Below are positions 10,674 to 23,029 of a stretch of DNA of 64,000 nucleotides, piece after piece (the first letter of the stretch is position 1; each line of letters starts with the position of its first letter). The notes beneath the pieces were generated by a model, which saw only the letters and a list, made by a program, of their open reading frames with translations, was not told the DNA's origin and searched no databases. Source of the stretch: Gammaproteobacteria bacterium (GTDB lineage Bacteria; Pseudomonadota; Gammaproteobacteria; SZUA-229); contig JAOUNI010000001.1 of assembly GCA_029881035.1 (NCBI GenBank), positions 28,924 through 92,923 of the forward strand, written 5' to 3'. The position numbers and the translations under genes were made by a program.

Positions 10674-12230
10674 TTAAGATCGTTTCAACTGAGCAGGGCG
10701 CAGGCCAGCCAGCATGAGTGTGACAAAGTAAACCAGTATAGCCAGGGTAATAATGCCAGCAACATGGCTAACGCGCTCAACAACCGCCCAGTTAGTCCAT
10801 TGTGATAACTCGGGTGTGACCAGCGAGATAACCAGCGCCATTGTGATTCCGGCTATTGTAATCTGCACAAACAACTTAGCCCAACCTTTAATGGGCTGAA
10901 ATACTTTAGCTTTGCGTAATTTGTGATAAAGCATAAATGCATTTAAATAAGCCGAGCAGCTGGTAGCCAGTGCCAGGCCGACGTGGGGAGCCTCGTAGTT
11001 ATATAGCACCAGTGGCATGACAAACAAAATATTCAGCGCCATGTTACTGACCATGGCGATAATGCCAATGCGCACCGGTGTTTTAGTATCCTGACGGGCA
11101 TAGAAGCCGGGTGCTAATATTTTGATGAGAATGAACGCGGGCAGGCCGGTAATGTAAGCCATCAAACTTAAACTGGCGAGATAGGTGTCTGAAGTTGAAA
11201 ATTCACCGTATTGAAATAATGAAGCGAGTACCGGCCCGGCGAGCATAAACAGACCGATGCAGGCTGGTATGGAGATAATCAATACTAGCCGAACAGCCCA
11301 GTTCAGTGTCTGGTTGAACTCGTCTGCTGAATCACGAGCATGTTGATTGGATAAGGTGGGCAGAATCACGGTAGCGATGGCAATGCCAAATATGCCCAGC
11401 GGAAACTCAAGCAGGCGGTCCGAGTAATATAGCCAGGTCACGCTACCCACCATCAGAAAAGAAGCAATGACAGTATCGAGTAATAAATTAATTTGCGCTA
11501 CAGAGGAGCCGATGATGGCTGGTAGCATTAGTTTAAGAATTTTAGTGACGCCTTCATGGTGACGTTTGAACTGCGGTCTGGGAATGAGGCCAAGTTTTTT
11601 AAGAAACGGCAGCTGAAACAAAAATTGAAACAGGCCAGCCAGCGCCACACCCCAGGCCAGTGCCATTAGTGGCTCATCAAGTAATGGTGAAATCCAGATG
11701 GCGGCGGCGATCATGCAGAGGTTGAGTAGTACAGGTGTGAACGCGGGCGCTGAAAACTGGTTAAAGCTGTTGAGAATGCCACCGGCAAAAGCTACCAGTG
11801 CGATAAAAAAGAGATAGGAGAAGGTGATGCGTAGCATCTCTGCGGTAAGCTGGAAGCGTTCGGGGTCATCATGGAAGCCGGGCGCAAATAACCAGACTAG
11901 CACCGGTGCGGCGAGCGAGCCGATAATGGTGATCAATAACAGGATACCACCCAGTTTTCCGGCGACATGATTAACCAGGTCTTGAAGCTCTTCACGGCTA
12001 CGTTTTGTCTTGTATTCAGAAAATACAGGTACAAATGATTGTGAAAAAGCGCCTTCAGCAAATAGGCGGCGCATAAAATTCGGGATCTTGAAGGCGACCA
12101 GAAAAGCATCGGTGCCACCACTGGCACCAAAAAGGGTTGCCAGCGTGATATCACGCAGCAAACCGAAGATTCGGGAAAGTAGAGTCATACTGCCCACGAT
12201 GAGAGATGACTGTAGTAATCTGGTGCTCAG
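10674..12230 (-). CDS. murJ: Lipid II flippase MurJ (probable CTG start at 12230; ORF track starts at 12197)
   Basis: SRIFGLLRD, PNFMRRLFAEGAFSQ and DRLLEFPLG motifs. The frame extends to CTG-STRLLQSSLIV behind an AAGGA RBS. Confidence 0.96.
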   Translation of the reverse strand: MSTRLLQSSLIVGSMTLLSRIFGLLRDITLATLFGASGGTDAFLVAFKIPNFMRRLFAEGAFSQSFVPVFSEYKTKRSREELQDLVNHVAGKLGGILLLITIIGSLAAPVLVWLFAPGFHDDPERFQLTAEMLRITFSYLFFIALVAFAGGILNSFNQFSAPAFTPVLLNLCMIAAAIWISPLLDEPLMALAWGVALAGLFQFLFQLPFLKKLGLIPRPQFKRHHEGVTKILKLMLPAIIGSSVAQINLLLDTVIASFLMVGSVTWLYYSDRLLEFPLGIFGIAIATVILPTLSNQHARDSADEFNQTLNWAVRLVLIISIPACIGLFMLAGPVLASLFQYGEFSTSDTYLASLSLMAYITGLPAFILIKILAPGFYARQDTKTPVRIGIIAMVSNMALNILFVMPLVLYNYEAPHVGLALATSCSAYLNAFMLYHKLRKAKVFQPIKGWAKLFVQITIAGITMALVISLVTPELSQWTNWAVVERVSHVAGIITLAILVYFVTLMLAGLRPAQLKRS

Positions 12231-12307
12231 CTTTAAGTTCCTTTGTGTGGTATAAGGTTCATTTTTGGTAAAATGTGCTGCGAAGGTCGCATTCTATCGA
12301 ATTTTGG

Positions 12308-12336
12308 TTGACAAAACCGGAAGAAACTGGCAATTT
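12308..12336 (+). promoter_or_regulatory. sigma70 promoter for rpsT
   Basis: TTGACA-17 nt-CAATTT (weak -10) about 35 nt before the GTG. Confidence 0.55.
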
Positions 12337-12370
12337 ACGCGCTCTTTTTTATATAGACAGGTCCTTATTC

Positions 12371-12631
12371 GTGGCAAACTCAGCTTCAGCAAAAAAACGT
12401 GCTCGTCAGGCAGTAGTACGTCGTACTCGTAACGTGGGTGAACGCTCAATGATGCGCACCTGTATCAAGAAAGTTTATTATTCAATTGCGGCTGGCGACA
12501 AGGCAGCGGCTGAGGCGGCTTACAAAGAAGCCTGTCCTGTTATTGATCATATGGCCGGTAAAGGCATTATTCACATGAATAAAGCAGCGCGTCATAAGAG
12601 CAGAATGAATAACAACATTCGCGGCATGTAA
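12371..12631 (+). CDS. rpsT: 30S ribosomal protein S20
   Basis: (M)[27 protein letters not shown]; GTG start at 12371. Confidence 0.97.
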   Translation: MANSASAKKRARQAVVRRTRNVGERSMMRTCIKKVYYSIAAGDKAAAEAAYKEACPVIDHMAGKGIIHMNKAARHKSRMNNNIRGM

Positions 12632-12645
12632 GTTTTCCTTGCATG

Positions 12646-12685
12646 AGCAATAAAAAAGTCGGTTTTAACCGGCTTTTTTATTGCT
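12646..12685. terminator. Bidirectional intrinsic terminator between rpsT and proB
   Basis: AGCAATAAAAAAGTCGG..CCGGCTTTTTTATTGCT inverted repeat with A and T tracts, between convergent genes. Confidence 0.85.
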
Positions 12686-12702
12686 GTTTATAAAGTGCGC
12701 AT

Positions 12703-14836
<2,134 letters not shown>

Positions 14837-14888
14837 TCAGTTTAAAACTGATGTGAGTATAGTTGTTTTGTGATCATGATCCGAATAC

Positions 14889-14914
14889 AAAAAAAGCCCC
14901 AAATGGGGCTTTTT
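14889..14914 (-). terminator. Intrinsic terminator after rplU-rpmA
   Basis: AAAAAGCCCC-AAAT-GGGGCTTTTT hairpin with a U tract on the minus strand. Confidence 0.8.
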
Positions 14915-14937
14915 CCGCAAAACTGTGTTGAACCACC

Positions 14938-15195
14938 TTATGCAGGGATAATATTAACAGTTTTGCGCTTTTCAAGTCCGGTGATGGAAAAGTGAACATG
15001 ACCATCAGCTTTAGCAAATAAAGTATGGTCACGACCCATGCCCATATTATTGCCCGCGTGAAACTTGGTGCCGCGTTGACGAACAATGATATTGCCAGCT
15101 TTAACTAGTTCGCCGCCAAACTTTTTAACGCCAAGTCGCTTGGATTCCGAATCTCTACCGTTTCTGGTACTACCGGCCGCTTTCTTATGTGCCAT
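14938..15195 (-). CDS. rpmA: 50S ribosomal protein L27
   Basis: [21 protein letters not shown]. Confidence 0.99.
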   Translation of the reverse strand: MAHKKAAGSTRNGRDSESKRLGVKKFGGELVKAGNIIVRQRGTKFHAGNNMGMGRDHTLFAKADGHVHFSITGLEKRKTVNIIPA

Positions 15196-15226
15196 TTTTA
15201 GTGACTCCTATAAATTTGTCTTGGAA

Positions 15227-15538
15227 CTAACCAGCAATGCCGGTGACTTCGATTTCAGTATAAGACTGACGATGACCGGTGCATTTCTGGCGATGTTTAC
15301 GACGACCGAATTTCATGATGGTCACTTTTTTACCGCGACCGTGGGCTTTAACAACAACGGTAACCTTGCCGCCTTTAACCAGCGGTGTACCAATGTTTAA
15401 TTTGTCGCCATCGGCGATCATCAGTACTTTGTCTAATTCGACAGAAGCACCTTCTTCAGCGTCTAGTTTCTCAACGCGAAGTACTTCGCCCTGAGTAAGT
15501 CTATACTGTTTTCCACCCGTGCTGACTACAGCGTACAT
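15227..15538 (-). CDS. rplU: 50S ribosomal protein L21
   Basis: [16 protein letters not shown]. Confidence 0.99.
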   Translation of the reverse strand: MYAVVSTGGKQYRLTQGEVLRVEKLDAEEGASVELDKVLMIADGDKLNIGTPLVKGGKVTVVVKAHGRGKKVTIMKFGRRKHRQKCTGHRQSYTEIEVTGIAG

Positions 15539-15574
15539 GGGTTTTCTCCAAAATCGTTAACAGAAAGGGCGCAG

Positions 15575-15603
15575 ATTGTACCGATAACAGCACTTTGTGG
15601 CAA
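15575..15603 (-). promoter_or_regulatory. sigma70 promoter for rplU-rpmA
   Basis: TTGCCA-17 nt-TACAAT followed by a GC-rich discriminator. Confidence 0.7.
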
Positions 15604-15663
15604 GTACGAGAGAGCTATTAGTGCAGTTTTATTGATAAAAAACGAGTGGATCGGCTGTTTATC

Positions 15664-15693
15664 TTGACACTATACCTCTCTCCTACATAGGAT
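15664..15693 (+). promoter_or_regulatory. sigma70 promoter for ispB
   Basis: TTGACA-18 nt-TAGGAT. Confidence 0.6.
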
Positions 15694-15726
15694 GCGCACT
15701 CTTTTTAGTGATTTGACGGTATTTAA

Positions 15727-16722
15727 GTGTCTGAAAATAAGCCAGATTCCAGTTTGATTATCCAGCCGGTAATCGCACTTTGCCAGAATGATATGGAAGG
15801 CGTTAATGAGGTTATACGCCAGAGGTTGAGTTCGGAAGTGGCTCTGGTGAATCAGCTTGGGCATTATATTATAGATTCTGGTGGTAAACGACTGCGGCCG
15901 ATGCTGGTGGTGCTGGCGGCGCGCGCTTATGGTTATGAGGGTATCAGGCATCAGCTTTTAGCCGCTATTGTTGAATTTATTCATACCGCTACTTTATTAC
16001 ATGATGATGTAGTCGACGAATCCGAGTTACGTCGTGGCCGAGAAACGGCTAATGCCATGTTTGGTAATGCCGCTAGCGTACTGGTTGGTGATTTCCTGTA
16101 TTCAAGAGCGTTTGAAATGATGGTGGATGTGAACAGCATGCGGGTCATGGAAATACTGGCGCAGACTACCAATGTGATTGCTGAGGGCGAAGTCATGCAA
16201 TTGCTGAATGTGCATGATGCTGAAACCACTGAAGCACGTTATCGAGAAGTGATTCATTGCAAAACGGCTAAATTATTCGAAGCTGCAACGCGTCTGGGTG
16301 CGGTATTGTGTGATCGACCACGTGCCGAAGAAGACGCTATTGCACGTTATGGCATGCATCTGGGTTCTGCTTTCCAGTTGATTGATGATGTGCTCGATTA
16401 CAGCTCCAGTAGTGAAGATATGGGTAAAAATGTAGGTGATGATCTGGCTGAGGGTAAGCCTACTCTGCCGCTGATTTATGCCATGGGTCAGGGCAATAAA
16501 GCACAGTCGGATTTAATTCGCAAAGCTATTGAGCAGGGCGGCTACGATATGATCGATGAGGTGCAGGCCATTATTCATGAAACCGGTGCGCTGGACTACA
16601 CCTGCAAAGTGGCGCAGCAGGAAGCGGATAAGGCGATTGAGCAACTGACCCACTTACCGGAATCTGAATATAAACAGGCGCTTGAGAAACTGGCGCTGTT
16701 TTCAGTACAGCGCAAGGCCTGA
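15727..16722 (+). CDS. ispB: Octaprenyl-diphosphate synthase
   Basis: GGKRLRP, LLHDDVVD, FQLIDDVLD and GDDLAEGK motifs; divergent from rplU. Confidence 0.97.
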   Translation: MSENKPDSSLIIQPVIALCQNDMEGVNEVIRQRLSSEVALVNQLGHYIIDSGGKRLRPMLVVLAARAYGYEGIRHQLLAAIVEFIHTATLLHDDVVDESELRRGRETANAMFGNAASVLVGDFLYSRAFEMMVDVNSMRVMEILAQTTNVIAEGEVMQLLNVHDAETTEARYREVIHCKTAKLFEAATRLGAVLCDRPRAEEDAIARYGMHLGSAFQLIDDVLDYSSSSEDMGKNVGDDLAEGKPTLPLIYAMGQGNKAQSDLIRKAIEQGGYDMIDEVQAIIHETGALDYTCKVAQQEADKAIEQLTHLPESEYKQALEKLALFSVQRKA

Positions 16723-16741
16723 TTTCATCAAGTATTCAAAC

Positions 16742-16750
16742 TGCTATAAT
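16742..16750 (+). promoter_or_regulatory. Extended -10 promoter for tRNA-Pro
   Basis: TGCTATAAT (TGnTATAAT) ending 9 nt before the tRNA. Confidence 0.6.
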
Positions 16751-16759
16751 CAGGCGCTT

Positions 16760-16836
16760 CGGAGTGTAGCTCAGCTTGGTAGAGTACTACGTTCGGGACG
16801 TAGGGGCCGGAGGTTCAAATCCTCTCACTCCGACCA
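16760..16836 (+). tRNA. tRNA-Pro (CGG)
   Basis: Acceptor stem CGGAGTG/CACTCCG-ACCA; anticodon arm CTACG-TTCGGGA-CGTAG; GGTTCAAATCC T-arm. Confidence 0.97.
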
Positions 16837-16885
16837 ATTATCTGGTGGTTGTGGGGTGGCTCATGATTAAAATAGAGTAAAGGCT

Positions 16886-17509
16886 GTGGCAAAAGGTAAT
16901 TTATATATCATTTCAGCGCCTTCGGGTGCAGGCAAAAGCAGCCTGGTTTCAGCGCTGGTCAAAGACTGGCCTGATACCGAGGTTTCTGTATCTCATACTA
17001 CGCGTGCAATTCGCCCGGGTGAAATAGATGGTGTGAATTACCACTTTGTCGATGAAGCTACTTTTGTCGATATGATTGATCGGGGGTTGTTTCTGGAGCA
17101 CGCCCAGGTATTTGATAATCGCTATGGAACATCACGCCAGAGTATTCAGGAGCAGTTACTAAAAGGCAAAGATGTGATTCTGGAAATTGACTGGCAGGGT
17201 GCGCGACAGATCAGACAGCTGGTCAGCGACTGTAAAACCATATATATTCTGCCGCCCAGCATTGCTGCATTGAGAGAACGGCTGCAAAAACGCGGGCAGG
17301 ATGATGATAAACTGATCGAAAGACGGATGCGCGATGCGGTCAGCGAGATGTCGCATTATAGTGAGTTTGACTATATAGTAATCAATGATGATTTCGAGCA
17401 GGCAAAAAATGACTTGTCTGCGATATTTGTTAGTAATCGGCTGTTAAAAGAGTTTCAACAGGAGCAGCATATCGATTTACTGGCAGAGTTACTGACCACA
17501 GAGATTTAG
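16886..17509 (+). CDS. gmk: Guanylate kinase
   Basis: [20 protein letters not shown] and EIDWQGA motifs. Confidence 0.98.
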   Translation: MAKGNLYIISAPSGAGKSSLVSALVKDWPDTEVSVSHTTRAIRPGEIDGVNYHFVDEATFVDMIDRGLFLEHAQVFDNRYGTSRQSIQEQLLKGKDVILEIDWQGARQIRQLVSDCKTIYILPPSIAALRERLQKRGQDDDKLIERRMRDAVSEMSHYSEFDYIVINDDFEQAKNDLSAIFVSNRLLKEFQQEQHIDLLAELLTTEI

Positions 17510-17546
17510 TGGTTTTTTTTCGATAAAACTGGAGTATGAATTTGTT

Positions 17547-17810
17547 ATGGCACGTTTAACCGTAGAAGATTGTCTGGATCATGTTGAAAACCGATTTGCA
17601 TTAGTGTTGCTGGCAACGCGCAGGGCGCGTCAACTGGCTATGGGCGCAGATCCATTGTTGCCAGTAGATAATGATAAACCGACTGTACTGGCTTTACGAG
17701 AAATTGCAGAAAACCTGATTAATGAAGAAGTCCTGAACGGAGCTGTTATTCGACAGGATGAAGTTGAAGCGTTGATTGAAGGTGATTTGCAGGATTTCGA
17801 TAAGTATTAA
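17547..17810 (+). CDS. rpoZ: RNA polymerase omega subunit
   Basis: [29 protein letters not shown]. Confidence 0.98.
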   Translation: MARLTVEDCLDHVENRFALVLLATRRARQLAMGADPLLPVDNDKPTVLALREIAENLINEEVLNGAVIRQDEVEALIEGDLQDFDKY

Positions 17811-17827
17811 TCGATGGTTTATTTGTC

Positions 17828-20005
17828 TTGAAGTCAGAACCGGTTGCCAGTGACAACGAAATTACAGAAGGCATCGATAGCCGGTTTCTGATATCAGACT
17901 TATGCGATTTAGTCGCAGGTTATATGGACCAGGAGCAGGTCCAGGAAGTTTATCAGGCGTACCTGTTTGGTGCGCAAGCTCATGATGGTCAGATTCGCCA
18001 GTCAGGTGAACCTTATATTTACCACCCCCTCGCCGTAGCAAGAATTCTTGCGTCCATGCACATGGATGTAAAGAGCATTGTAGCCTGCATTTTGCACGAT
18101 GTGCTTGAAGATACCCCGGCCACGCGTACTGCCATCGAAGAAACATTTGGAGAAGATGTAGCTCACCTGGTTGATGGCGTCAGCAAGCTCACCCATATTA
18201 AATTTAAAAATAAAATTGAACAGCAAGCTGAGAACATTCAAAAAGTATTGATGGCGATGGCGAAAGATATTCGCGTTATTATGATCAAGCTGGCTGATCG
18301 TCTACACAACATGCGCACGCTTGGCTCTTTGCGTCCAGACAAGCGACGTAGAATTGCAATGGAAACGCTCGAAATTTATATCCCTATCGCTAATCGTCTG
18401 GGTATTTATACTATTCGGCATGAAATGGAAGATCTGGTCTTAAAGGCAATGTATCCATTGCGTTACAAAATACTCGAACATGCGGTAAGTAAAGCCAGTG
18501 GCCACCGTAAAGAAGTTATTAATAAAATTGATAAGGCGTTAGTAACCAGGCTGAATGAAATGGGTATGGATGCTGAAGTACAGAAGCGTAAAAAACATTT
18601 GTTTAGTTTGTATAAGAAAATGCGCGATAAACATTTATCGTTCAATAAAGTATTTGATGTTTATGCGATACGAGTATTAGTTGATACGGTTGACGAATGC
18701 TATCGAGTGCTGGGTGTTGTGCATAATTTATTTAAACCAATACCTGGGCGTTTTAAAGATTACATTGCTATTCCCAAGAGTAATGGTTATCAATCATTGC
18801 ACACTGCGTTGTATGGTCCGCATGGTATACCTATGGAAGTACAAATTCGTACAGAAGAGATGGATCTTTTTGCAGAGAGTGGCATTGCGGCGCACTGGTT
18901 ATATAAATCACCAGATGAATCTGGCATGACTGGTGCACATGCACGTGCACGTGACTGGCTTACTGGTATTCTGGAGATGCAGCAATCAGCCGGTGACTCG
19001 CTGGAATTTCTCGAAAATGTAAAAGTCGATTTATTTCATGATGAAGTCTATGTTTACACGCCAGAAGGGGACATCATAAAACTGCCGCGCAATGCGACTC
19101 CGGTTGATTTTGCTTACATGGTACATACTGATATAGGCAATAGCTGTGTGGCGGCTAAACTTGATCACACCTTTGCTCCGCTAAATACGCCTTTATATAG
19201 TGGTCAGACTGTAGAAATAATTACATCATCATCAGCACGGCCCAATCCGGCGTGGTTAAATTATGTGGTGACAGTTAAGGCGCGCAGCAATATCAGAAAT
19301 TTTTTGAAAAATATGCGGGCAGATGAAGCGGTATCACAGGGTCGTCGACTGTTTGAGCGCTGTTTAAAAGGACTGGGTTTGCGACTGGAAGATGTGCCAG
19401 AAGAATCGATGAAGAATGTACTGGAAGAATACGGCTTCAAATCTGTTGCTGAATTGTTAGAGGACGTTGGTATGGGTAATCGATCAGCCAGTCTGGTAGT
19501 TAGACGTCTGGTGCCGGAGCGTGTGGCTCAGGGTGAGTCGGAAGAGACGCGCGAAATGCGATCACAATCACCGCTTGCAATTGATGGAACAGAAGGCATG
19601 GTGGTGTCCTATGGTAAATGTTGTTTTCCCATACCAGGTGATAGTGTCATTGGTATATTGAGCAAGGGTCGTGGCATCGTTATCCATCGTGAAGAATGTA
19701 AAAATATTAGTCAGACACGTGTTGAAATTGACAAGTGTATTGATGTGAAATGGTCAGAGGACGCAGAAGGAAGTTTTAGTTGCTGTATTCGTATGGATGT
19801 TGCCAATAAGCCCGGTGTGTTGGCAAGAACAGCTACGATTATTTCAGATGAAGGTGCCGATATTGAAGATGTTGCAGTCGAAGACCGTGATGGATTTACT
19901 ACTACTATTACTTATCAAATTAGTCTGCAGGGGCGAGCGCATCTCGCTAGCATTATGCGTCGATTAAGGAAGGCGCCTAATGTTTTGAAGATTTGGCGGA
20001 TATAA
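17828..20005 (+). CDS. spoT: Bifunctional (p)ppGpp synthetase/hydrolase SpoT
   Basis: LHDVLED HD motif, RFKDY, YQSLHT, TGS and ACT domains; gmk-rpoZ-spoT order. Confidence 0.97.
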   Translation: MKSEPVASDNEITEGIDSRFLISDLCDLVAGYMDQEQVQEVYQAYLFGAQAHDGQIRQSGEPYIYHPLAVARILASMHMDVKSIVACILHDVLEDTPATRTAIEETFGEDVAHLVDGVSKLTHIKFKNKIEQQAENIQKVLMAMAKDIRVIMIKLADRLHNMRTLGSLRPDKRRRIAMETLEIYIPIANRLGIYTIRHEMEDLVLKAMYPLRYKILEHAVSKASGHRKEVINKIDKALVTRLNEMGMDAEVQKRKKHLFSLYKKMRDKHLSFNKVFDVYAIRVLVDTVDECYRVLGVVHNLFKPIPGRFKDYIAIPKSNGYQSLHTALYGPHGIPMEVQIRTEEMDLFAESGIAAHWLYKSPDESGMTGAHARARDWLTGILEMQQSAGDSLEFLENVKVDLFHDEVYVYTPEGDIIKLPRNATPVDFAYMVHTDIGNSCVAAKLDHTFAPLNTPLYSGQTVEIITSSSARPNPAWLNYVVTVKARSNIRNFLKNMRADEAVSQGRRLFERCLKGLGLRLEDVPEESMKNVLEEYGFKSVAELLEDVGMGNRSASLVVRRLVPERVAQGESEETREMRSQSPLAIDGTEGMVVSYGKCCFPIPGDSVIGILSKGRGIVIHREECKNISQTRVEIDKCIDVKWSEDAEGSFSCCIRMDVANKPGVLARTATIISDEGADIEDVAVEDRDGFTTTITYQISLQGRAHLASIMRRLRKAPNVLKIWRI

Positions 20006-20013
20006 AAAGCAGG

Positions 20014-20598
20014 TTAACTAACCTGCTTTTTTACGAACTTTGTTAATATAACAATACGTTGGCCTTCAACTCGACCTTCAATATGTTCCGAGTTGTCGGC
20101 AACCAGTGAAATTCCACGGACTGCAGTGCCGCGTTTGGCTGTAAAGTTAGCGCCTTTGACATCCAGATCTTTGATTAGCGTTACGGTATCACCGGTTTCC
20201 AGCACTGCGCCATTGCTATCAATATGTTTAACGGTGTCTTCATTGTTTTTATCGATATCATCAGCTTTTGCCCAGGCGAGAGTTGTTTCACCAAGATAGA
20301 GTATGTCGAGTAAGTCCTGTGGCCAGCCCTCAGCTCTTAGGCGTGTGAGCATACGCCATGCCAAAACCTGCACGGCAGGAATCTGGCTCCACATGCTTTC
20401 ATTAAGGCAACGCCAGTGATTAACATCAACATTGTCAGGGTTTTCGATTTGATCTCGACAGGTCGCACAAATAAAAACGTACTCTTCCACGTTACTATTC
20501 GAAGTAGATAGGACATTATAGCTAGCCAGGTTTTCTGTTGTTCTGCATAGCTCACATTTTGATTCACTGCGTTCTAGTAATTTTTCTTCAGTGTTCAT
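20014..20598 (-). CDS. phnA: PhnA/YjdM-family zinc-ribbon protein
   Basis: CELC..CATC, HWRCLN..W, DSNG..GDTVTLIKDLDVKG. Confidence 0.85.
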   Translation of the reverse strand: MNTEEKLLERSESKCELCRTTENLASYNVLSTSNSNVEEYVFICATCRDQIENPDNVDVNHWRCLNESMWSQIPAVQVLAWRMLTRLRAEGWPQDLLDILYLGETTLAWAKADDIDKNNEDTVKHIDSNGAVLETGDTVTLIKDLDVKGANFTAKRGTAVRGISLVADNSEHIEGRVEGQRIVILTKFVKKQVS

Positions 20599-20669
20599 TA
20601 TTTAACGGTTCTAAAAGTTGGTAGACGATATTGTATAGAAAATAAGAGATAAGGTTGTTTATAAGAAAG

Positions 20670-21326
20670 CTAAATTAAGCCTTCATCGTTTTTTTCATTA
20701 GTGGGCTGTTGAGATTTTTCCTGTTGTTCTCGACGGTGTTTCATTTTATTAATGGCATCACGTAGTGATTCATTCATTTTATTCATGCCCCTGAGTAGTG
20801 TTTCGTTCATTTCTTTAGAGCCTTCCTGAATAAGCTCATTGAGCATATCAGTGCCATCTTCCAGGACTTGGTCAATGGAATTTAAATTTTTCTCTAAGGC
20901 GTCGGACAATTGATTATCATCAGAAGGTTTTTTATGAATAGGTATTTGCGTGTGCGAAGCATCGATTTTCCACTGGCCGTCTTCCAATGTTAATACGGTA
21001 TCGAAAGAAACATGATTTTCGTTTTTAGTATTTAGATTATGATTTGTGCTGGCCGCTGGGTTTTCAATGATAGTGGTGCTAACAATCGCATGCTCATTAC
21101 CTAGTTTAATCTCATTCTCTGCAATCTTGTTTTGATCTGGAAGTTTGAGATAGTTATCAAAATTACTTTGAGTGTTTTTAGAAACGAGATTTTTTGCAGC
21201 TGTAATATCGCCAATTTTAAGAGCGTGCCAGTATTTTTGTGCGACCTGCGTAGGCGTATCAGTGCTTTGTTGGCAGGAAGTGAGGCTAATAATGGTCAGT
21301 AAGATAAAAAGTGGTGAGAGATTCAT
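20670..21326 (-). CDS. Hypothetical lipoprotein (DUF4878/NTF2-like N-terminus, helical C-terminus)
   Basis: Lipobox LTSC; 'TPTQVAQKYW..EDGQWKID' pattern. Confidence 0.7.
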   Translation of the reverse strand: MNLSPLFILLTIISLTSCQQSTDTPTQVAQKYWHALKIGDITAAKNLVSKNTQSNFDNYLKLPDQNKIAENEIKLGNEHAIVSTTIIENPAASTNHNLNTKNENHVSFDTVLTLEDGQWKIDASHTQIPIHKKPSDDNQLSDALEKNLNSIDQVLEDGTDMLNELIQEGSKEMNETLLRGMNKMNESLRDAINKMKHRREQQEKSQQPTNEKNDEGLI

Positions 21327-21710
21327 AGAATATCTGCCATAGCTATATGATGTCTATTATGAGGGTAAAAAGCATTTTACTTTATATTTATATTGTCTGG
21401 GTAATGCAAGTATATAATTCTAGCTACGCTTTTATTTACCAAAACAGGTGCTGCTGCTATGCAGCGCAGTAGCAACAGGGCTATACGACGATAGTATGGT
21501 AAGTAATATTTGGTCATAATATAGCCAATTGTAAATTCAGGCGAAACGACCGGGCAGGACCATGATTGACTGTGGATCTTTTTTGCCTGGATAATTAACG
21601 GACTAGATTTAATAAAGACAATGATAAAGCGGCTATACCAGATCAGGGAAGTCAGTGGTTAAAGAGTGCATGGAGAAGCCATAAGCATACGGCAGTCGGT
21701 CCAGGTGAGG

Positions 21711-21986
21711 TCAGGAGATTTTAATTCTAACCACTTTCATGAATTCCAGTTCAATGCCTGCGATCGATTCATCGCTGGGATAATAAGTCAGATTAACACG
21801 CTGGCCTGTCAGATTTTTGTATTGTTTTTTACGCTTGTACTTAAAAGGAATGTCACAGCCCTCAATCAAGATGGTATTCAAGATCCATTCATCCTGCTTC
21901 CTTTGCACGTGCGAGGTAACCCTGGCCATGTCTGAGTGAGTCAGCTGTGGGTGTTTTTTTAATAATTTTTTTGGTTCTGATATCAA
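21711..21986 (-). CDS. Conserved hypothetical basic protein
   Basis: SHVQR..NTILIEGCDIPFKYKRKK..LTYYP..MKVVRIK resembles a small conserved gammaproteobacterial family; start uncertain (TTG). Confidence 0.65.
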   Translation of the reverse strand: MISEPKKLLKKHPQLTHSDMARVTSHVQRKQDEWILNTILIEGCDIPFKYKRKKQYKNLTGQRVNLTYYPSDESIAGIELEFMKVVRIKIS

Positions 21987-22226
21987 TGTAAATGAGTGTT
22001 CTCGTAATTATTGACTTTTTGATGGGCGCTTGTTTATTAGCAATCATCATTAAATCCTTCTGCAGCAGGCTATTATAAGCTAGCACAACGATGTATGTGG
22101 TTATTTATTATTGACGAGATAATTATTGTATTAGTATGTCGTATATAGGCGTAATAGCCGGTAACTGGGTGATTGATATATTTAGCCTTTATATTAGTGA
22201 GAGATTAAACTGAATAGTGGCGATAA

Positions 22227-22269
22227 CTGATTTTTATCAAGAATGTATCTATATATTTCCTGATAAAGT
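22227..22269 (+). promoter_or_regulatory. FNR/Anr-family box and class II promoter for the CBS gene
   Basis: CTGAT-TTTT-ATCAA (9/10 of TTGAT-N4-ATCAA) with TAAAGT -10 at 22264-22269, putting the box centre near -42. Confidence 0.7.
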
Positions 22270-22326
22270 GTAAAACAGTCAAGCTCATTTAGGGGTGGCT
22301 AAACAACAAATTAATGAGGTTATATT

Positions 22327-22779
22327 ATGCTGGTTAAAGACATTATGACAACAAATGTACGTACTGTCACATCTGATAAAAAACTGGGGGAAGTAGTTTC
22401 GTTGATGTGTATATATCGATACAGCGGCATACCTGTTGTAGATGACGGGAAGTTGGTGGGTACGGTATCTGAGAGTGATGTACTGGGAAAAATGTTTCCA
22501 AAGCTTGAGGATCTAATGGATAGTATGTCTATGGTTGATTATGAAGCTTTGATGAAGCAGTACGCTAATGTAGTTAACGTACAGGTTAAGGATGTAATGA
22601 CGCCAACAGTCATTACGATAAAACCAGGCATGCATATCTTGCAGGCTGCTTCACTGATGTGCGGTAGAAAGTTTCGTCGTATACCTGTGGCAATAGGGGA
22701 TGAGTTGGTCGGTATGGTGAGTATGGGTGATGTGCATAAGGCGATCTTTCAGAGCACAGTGGCGACAAAACTTTCATAG
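22327..22779 (+). CDS. Stand-alone CBS-pair protein
   Basis: VKDIMT..SGIPVVDDGKLVG and VKDVMT..RIPV..LVGMVS repeats; GAGG RBS. Confidence 0.92.
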   Translation: MLVKDIMTTNVRTVTSDKKLGEVVSLMCIYRYSGIPVVDDGKLVGTVSESDVLGKMFPKLEDLMDSMSMVDYEALMKQYANVVNVQVKDVMTPTVITIKPGMHILQAASLMCGRKFRRIPVAIGDELVGMVSMGDVHKAIFQSTVATKLS

Positions 22780-23029
22780 AGGGATAAAAAGAAAGGTATA
22801 TGTTAGTTATGCTGAAAGAGTGATTAGTGCAATTATGAATTGTGGTCTGATATAGGTTTATTATGATTTGCTTATGTTCAATCCTTTATATAGGGAAATA
22901 TATTGATAAGTAACGTGGTACTGTAATATTTAGCGATATGCTGGGAACAGATAAGCTTCATTTCATGTGCTATTATCGATCAATTGTTATTTATTAAAGG
23001 AATAATCGATTTGCTGAGAGGCAGATAAG

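Noticed and set aside
16837-16885. Element integrated at tRNA-Pro
   Set aside because: gmk follows within 50 nt; no mobile genes.
20014-20598. Phosphonate utilisation pathway
   Set aside because: PhnA/YjdM zinc-ribbon proteins are not C-P lyase components, and no phnC-P genes are present.
21377-21517. 46-codon minus-strand ORF (MTKYYLPYY...)
   Set aside because: No clear RBS or recognisable homology; could arise by chance.
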